64,000 nucleotides of DNA from Macrostomum lignano (Eukaryota), in assembly GCA_002269645.1 (NCBI GenBank), contig NIVC01000419.1, positions 310,001 to 374,000 of the forward strand, written 5' to 3'. Made by a program: the position numbers and the translations under genes. Below are positions 60,047-64,000 of this stretch, one piece after another. How positions within the stretch are numbered: position 1 is the first letter of the stretch; every line of letters starts with the position of its first letter. The notes beneath the pieces were generated by a model. The model was not told where the DNA came from. It did not search any database and saw only the letters and a list, made by a program, of their open reading frames with translations.

Positions 60047-61368
60047 TATTATATATTAAGAGTAACTACTTCTGATTAGTGATTTCGAGAAAAGAATAAT
60101 CATACCTTTACCAATATATAGCCTCAGAACTGCATGGGCGAACGCTTTCCCTACACTGTTTGCATATTCCAGTTTGGAATCGTGAGTAAATACCAGCAGA
60201 AATGGACCGGAAGCTGCCTAATGCAGATCGCAAATATTTCTCACTAAAAAATTGCAAATAAAGTGTCTTCCGTTTGTAATAAAGCCTCGGTCCATTAGTG
60301 GAGTGCGAACGTAGCATCGTATTGCTGGTATTAATACCTAGTACTATCATGTATTCGAGCTAAGCTAAGTTTTACTTTACCGTACCTGACACTTACGGAA
60401 TGAGAGATTTTCGTTCAGAGTATCTTTGCATCTCAAAGTATCAGTCTTTGGTTCCTTCATGAGTAATAACATAACCGAAACTGTTTACTCGATGTGTAAA
60501 TTGCTAGGGCATGTGGCAACGATCGGCACTGTTCAAATTCAACTACCCGAATACAACATTATTCTGGTTCGGCAATTGTGTACATAAGAGCGGCAGCTGT
60601 TTGTAAAATGCAGACAAAGCTGCCTCTTTTCCTCACTCATGAAGCTGAATGATCGCCTAGATTACTTACCTTGTAAGTAACTAATGAGGTTCGATGAATG
60701 AGGAGTCGAAAAGTTTTCTTCACAGACATCACAGAGAAGCAGACGGTCTAGCAAAAGCGGCAGTTTCGACCTGTGTACAATTTCAAGTTTTGACAAACTT
60801 TGGAAAATTTGGCAAAAGCTGCCGGAAAGTCGTTTAAAGAAAAATATGCATAACTAGCTAGCTATACTACCTAAGCTATATTAAGCTCAGATTATAAGTT
60901 CTGCTCACTCTGAGTTCAAAAATATTATTCAGTGCTGTCTTCGTATTACGGTAAAAATGACAGTTGTGCATTCCTAAGATATGAGTAGTTTAAAGGTCTA
61001 AAATGTACTTTTGCTAAGTGAACCTCGGATCGGTGTACTTTTGTACTTGCGTGAAAACTCGAATTTGTCTTTGAAAAAGAAAAGTTAATATGTTAAGTAG
61101 GATTATAATTGTCGCAATATGCATACTTTTAACTGTAAGCGGCTCGATAAACTTCTAACTATAGTTGCATTATACAATATAAAATATATAAAGATTCATC
61201 CATGCATGCGATTACATTAATAAAAGTTATAAACAATACCGCTAATCCAGTTCATTATAACGAGACAATAGCTATAATACGAGCGTAGATAAATAGTCTT
61301 AATAAACAGTATACGAGACGTACTTTTAAATAGAAATTTATTCACCATTATGTTCTTTTTTATTTCGT

Positions 61369-62166
61369 TCAGAATTTCTTTTTAAGAAACTTCTCCCATT
61401 TCAGTTTGTCGGCGCTGTCTGTAAAATTAAGCGACACGTTGGAGTCAAAGTACGTCAGCAGAATGCAGCTCAGTCTGACTGAATGCCAGTAGAATCCGAT
61501 GCAGTCCGTTCCTAGCCTGGCGCAACTGGACGAACAGGCCATCCGGCCGATCGGTGAAGCGTCAGTCCAGCAGCCAGGATCCATCTGAGTGTAACTCGCA
61601 ATTTCTACCCCCTCAAACTGGCTGACGCTGTTGGTAACAGCTGCTAGAACGTCGGACCCGTTGATGTTGCTGTAGCAGAATACAGCCGGTGTAAGCGAGG
61701 CGGTCGTGGACCTGCAGCTGACGTCTTTCAGACCAGTTGGCGAGGCCAACGCGCAATTTTCATTGGCTCCACCGCTCGGCTCCCCGACGGAGAACAGACT
61801 GCTTCCCGAGCCGGTTTTCTGCCCGTCTCGAATCCAAACCCAGCCGTCGAAATTGGTGCCCCGCTCGTTTAGCGAGTCCGTCAGACCGACCCAGTAGTGG
61901 CTAGGCAAAACACCTGGAGCGCTCGCGACGCCCGACTTGATGGCAGAGTACACCTCGCGGCCGATAATTTCTAGCTTAGCTGCGTGACATGTTTCCATCG
62001 CCGAGCAGAAGCTCCTAGTGCTGCCGCGATTGCTGACACACCAAGGCGACGGCCCGGATGTCAGCACTAGTGGCGATGAGGACCTTGGACAGCTTGCTAA
62101 CACAGTTTCTCCGAGCCCGAAGACGATTGCGCACACGAAGACTGAGATTCCGTTGATATGTCCCAT
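61369..62166 (-). CDS. Secreted C-type lectin domain + PAN/Apple-like domain protein B (265 aa, single coding exon)
   Basis: Intact ORF with signal peptide; FCSAMETC, YWVGLTD, GWVWIRDG, GEPS, ENCALA, KDVSC; then C...C....CIGFYWHSVRLSCILLTYFD; shares C-terminal A(D/E)KL.WEKF with protein A. Confidence 0.82.
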   Translation of the reverse strand: MGHINGISVFVCAIVFGLGETVLASCPRSSSPLVLTSGPSPWCVSNRGSTRSFCSAMETCHAAKLEIIGREVYSAIKSGVASAPGVLPSHYWVGLTDSLNERGTNFDGWVWIRDGQKTGSGSSLFSVGEPSGGANENCALASPTGLKDVSCRSTTASLTPAVFCYSNINGSDVLAAVTNSVSQFEGVEIASYTQMDPGCWTDASPIGRMACSSSCARLGTDCIGFYWHSVRLSCILLTYFDSNVSLNFTDSADKLKWEKFLKKKF

Positions 62167-64000
62167 TTCACCGTGTTTAAGAAGCTTCTCAGAATGAAAT
62201 TTCAGGAGAATTTCTGCAGCTTAAATACACTGAGATAACTAAACAAGGCTGAACAGGTAGATGAAATCTCTCCGTGAGTTTGCATTCAATCAATCCGTGC
62301 ATGTTTGAAGTGTTTGTTTGAGCGTTAGAAAAACCTTTTACCATCAGGATGTTAGAACAAGTTTTCCCGGATAGTGAGGCACTTTAGACTAAATATTTAT
62401 ATCAATGTATGATCCGTTGAGTAGCAACGGCAGCGCCGTAACTTCACGCACAGTAACACTGAGACGTTGCCGTTTTAATATTTGTTTGGCCCCTCATCCG
62501 CAATTTTCTGGAAGAGTTTTAGCATGTGTTTTTAAAAGCTGTGTTAACTTTTTGCTTGCTGAATTACAATAAGATAACTTTTCGTGGTAAAGTCAAAGCT
62601 ATATTTCCATAATATTTTAAACTTTAATTTTTCTATAGAAGAGAGAATAAAATCAAAATTGTTTACCTACTGCTTCTCTTGGTAACTGCTTAAGTTTTAT
62701 AGACGGATGGTGTGACATTTGGTCATAGTAATAGTCTCGTAGCTACTTCGTGCTTTTTTAGCCAACTCTTGTAACTTTAAACAATTTTTTTGCAACTATA
62801 GCTGGCTACTGACTTTGCTGAGCATGCAGTGGCATATGCTCTAGTCTTATAGGAAAAAAGCTCTAAAGTTCGCAACAGTACGTGCATGGCTATAAAAGAC
62901 ACAGAGCTCTATAACAAAGTTTTTCACAAGTTATCTACTGAGTCATATATAGCCATGACTGAAAGGCAAGACCAGAGAAGACAAAATGACTGAGACGCGA
63001 TGAACAAATTCGACATAATTGATTTTTACTGGCCAACACACCAAGCAAGATGCTCGCTACAATAGCCGAACAAATATAATTCTAATTAAGAGATTAAAGA
63101 ATGTCTTTTTACTGAATTGCTGTTTATAAAGTTAAACATGCTTATATTTATGTTGAACAAATATCCTATAGCAGCTACTTAAATCTTCAGGAGCAAAGAT
63201 TTTGGAATCTGACAATAGCTTGTCTGATTTTAAACTAGGCCTATAGCTATATAGTCAGCTATTCATCGTAGTTTATAAATTTCTAGCTCTGAGGTCTACG
63301 CGCTTTTCGAAGCAAAATTGAAACCAACTTGTAATTTTGAATCAAACTCATGAGAGACTTGATTGCTGTGTTTGCAGTTCAAAAGTCCAAAAGGAAAATC
63401 TATATATGTGTTAATCTTTATTTTAGTCTCAAACTACAAGCTCCCCTGGTATTGCATTTTGCTTTGAAAACCTGGGTTCACTTTTAGAGTTCGCCAACAC
63501 GATTTACGGAACTAGCTTCCTTCAAACTTAGCTGTCCATAATGGTGTATGCTGTACATCGATCGGTGGATAACAAACATCGATGCGATGTAAAATTATCT
63601 TTCAGAGACGCCGAGTTGATGTCCTAGCTGGCATATGGTGCACGCGGCGCTTATCACTGAATAAAAATTTACAGGAAATGTATAAATATTGGCAAAACTA
63701 ATATTTAGTAAATTTTTGCTCCGGCTAATTAGAATTTTCTTCACATACAACAAAAACCATCGATATAAGAAAAAAATCTATGCAAGTGTGTAATAACAAT
63801 CAAGGATATTAACTCAAAACGAAATAATAACAAGCACATAAATTAATAAGAATCATTGCAAAACTACGCGGTCTTAAGTACGACAAGAATGGGACTTGGG
63901 GCTTGCGTAAAAGCAAAAGCTGTCTCTAGAGTTTGGTCTGATCAACAGAGTTATCACAGATAGCGCTTTTGATTCAATAAAAAAACTTGTCCTCTTGTTT

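Overview
Eukaryotic (metazoan) genomic DNA with GT-AG introns and very dense mini/microsatellites. The repeat landscape and gene content suggest a flatworm such as Macrostomum, but this is inference only. Genes: (1) MON2 on the minus strand, 8 exons reconstructed from 32248 down to 8081 (about 860 aa, continuing past the window start); (2) an FMRFamide/myosuppressin-type peptide GPCR (+, 592-3419), probably inside a MON2 intron; (3) an unrecognised secreted precursor with furin-type sites (+, 24448 to about 26860) inside MON2 intron 4; (4) a 4-TM MS4A/CD20-like gene (-, 38051-34978); (5) two divergent secreted C-type lectin + PAN/Apple-like paralogs (-, 60046-59136 and 62166-61369). Mobile DNA: a 9.5-kb Helitron (38920-48440) encoding a 9-exon STPR-OTU-Zn finger-Rep-PIF1 protein with three apparent lesions. 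It is joined head-to-tail to a 4.1-kb non-autonomous relative (48441-52507) filled with a 23-bp satellite. Also present: an internally deleted Crypton-like element with a long hairpin, two Tc1/IS630-like remnants, two tRNA-derived SINE families, MITE-like palindromes and about 20 distinct tandem repeats. All calls come from reading the sequence and recalling family motifs; no searches were run, and repeat boundaries are approximate.
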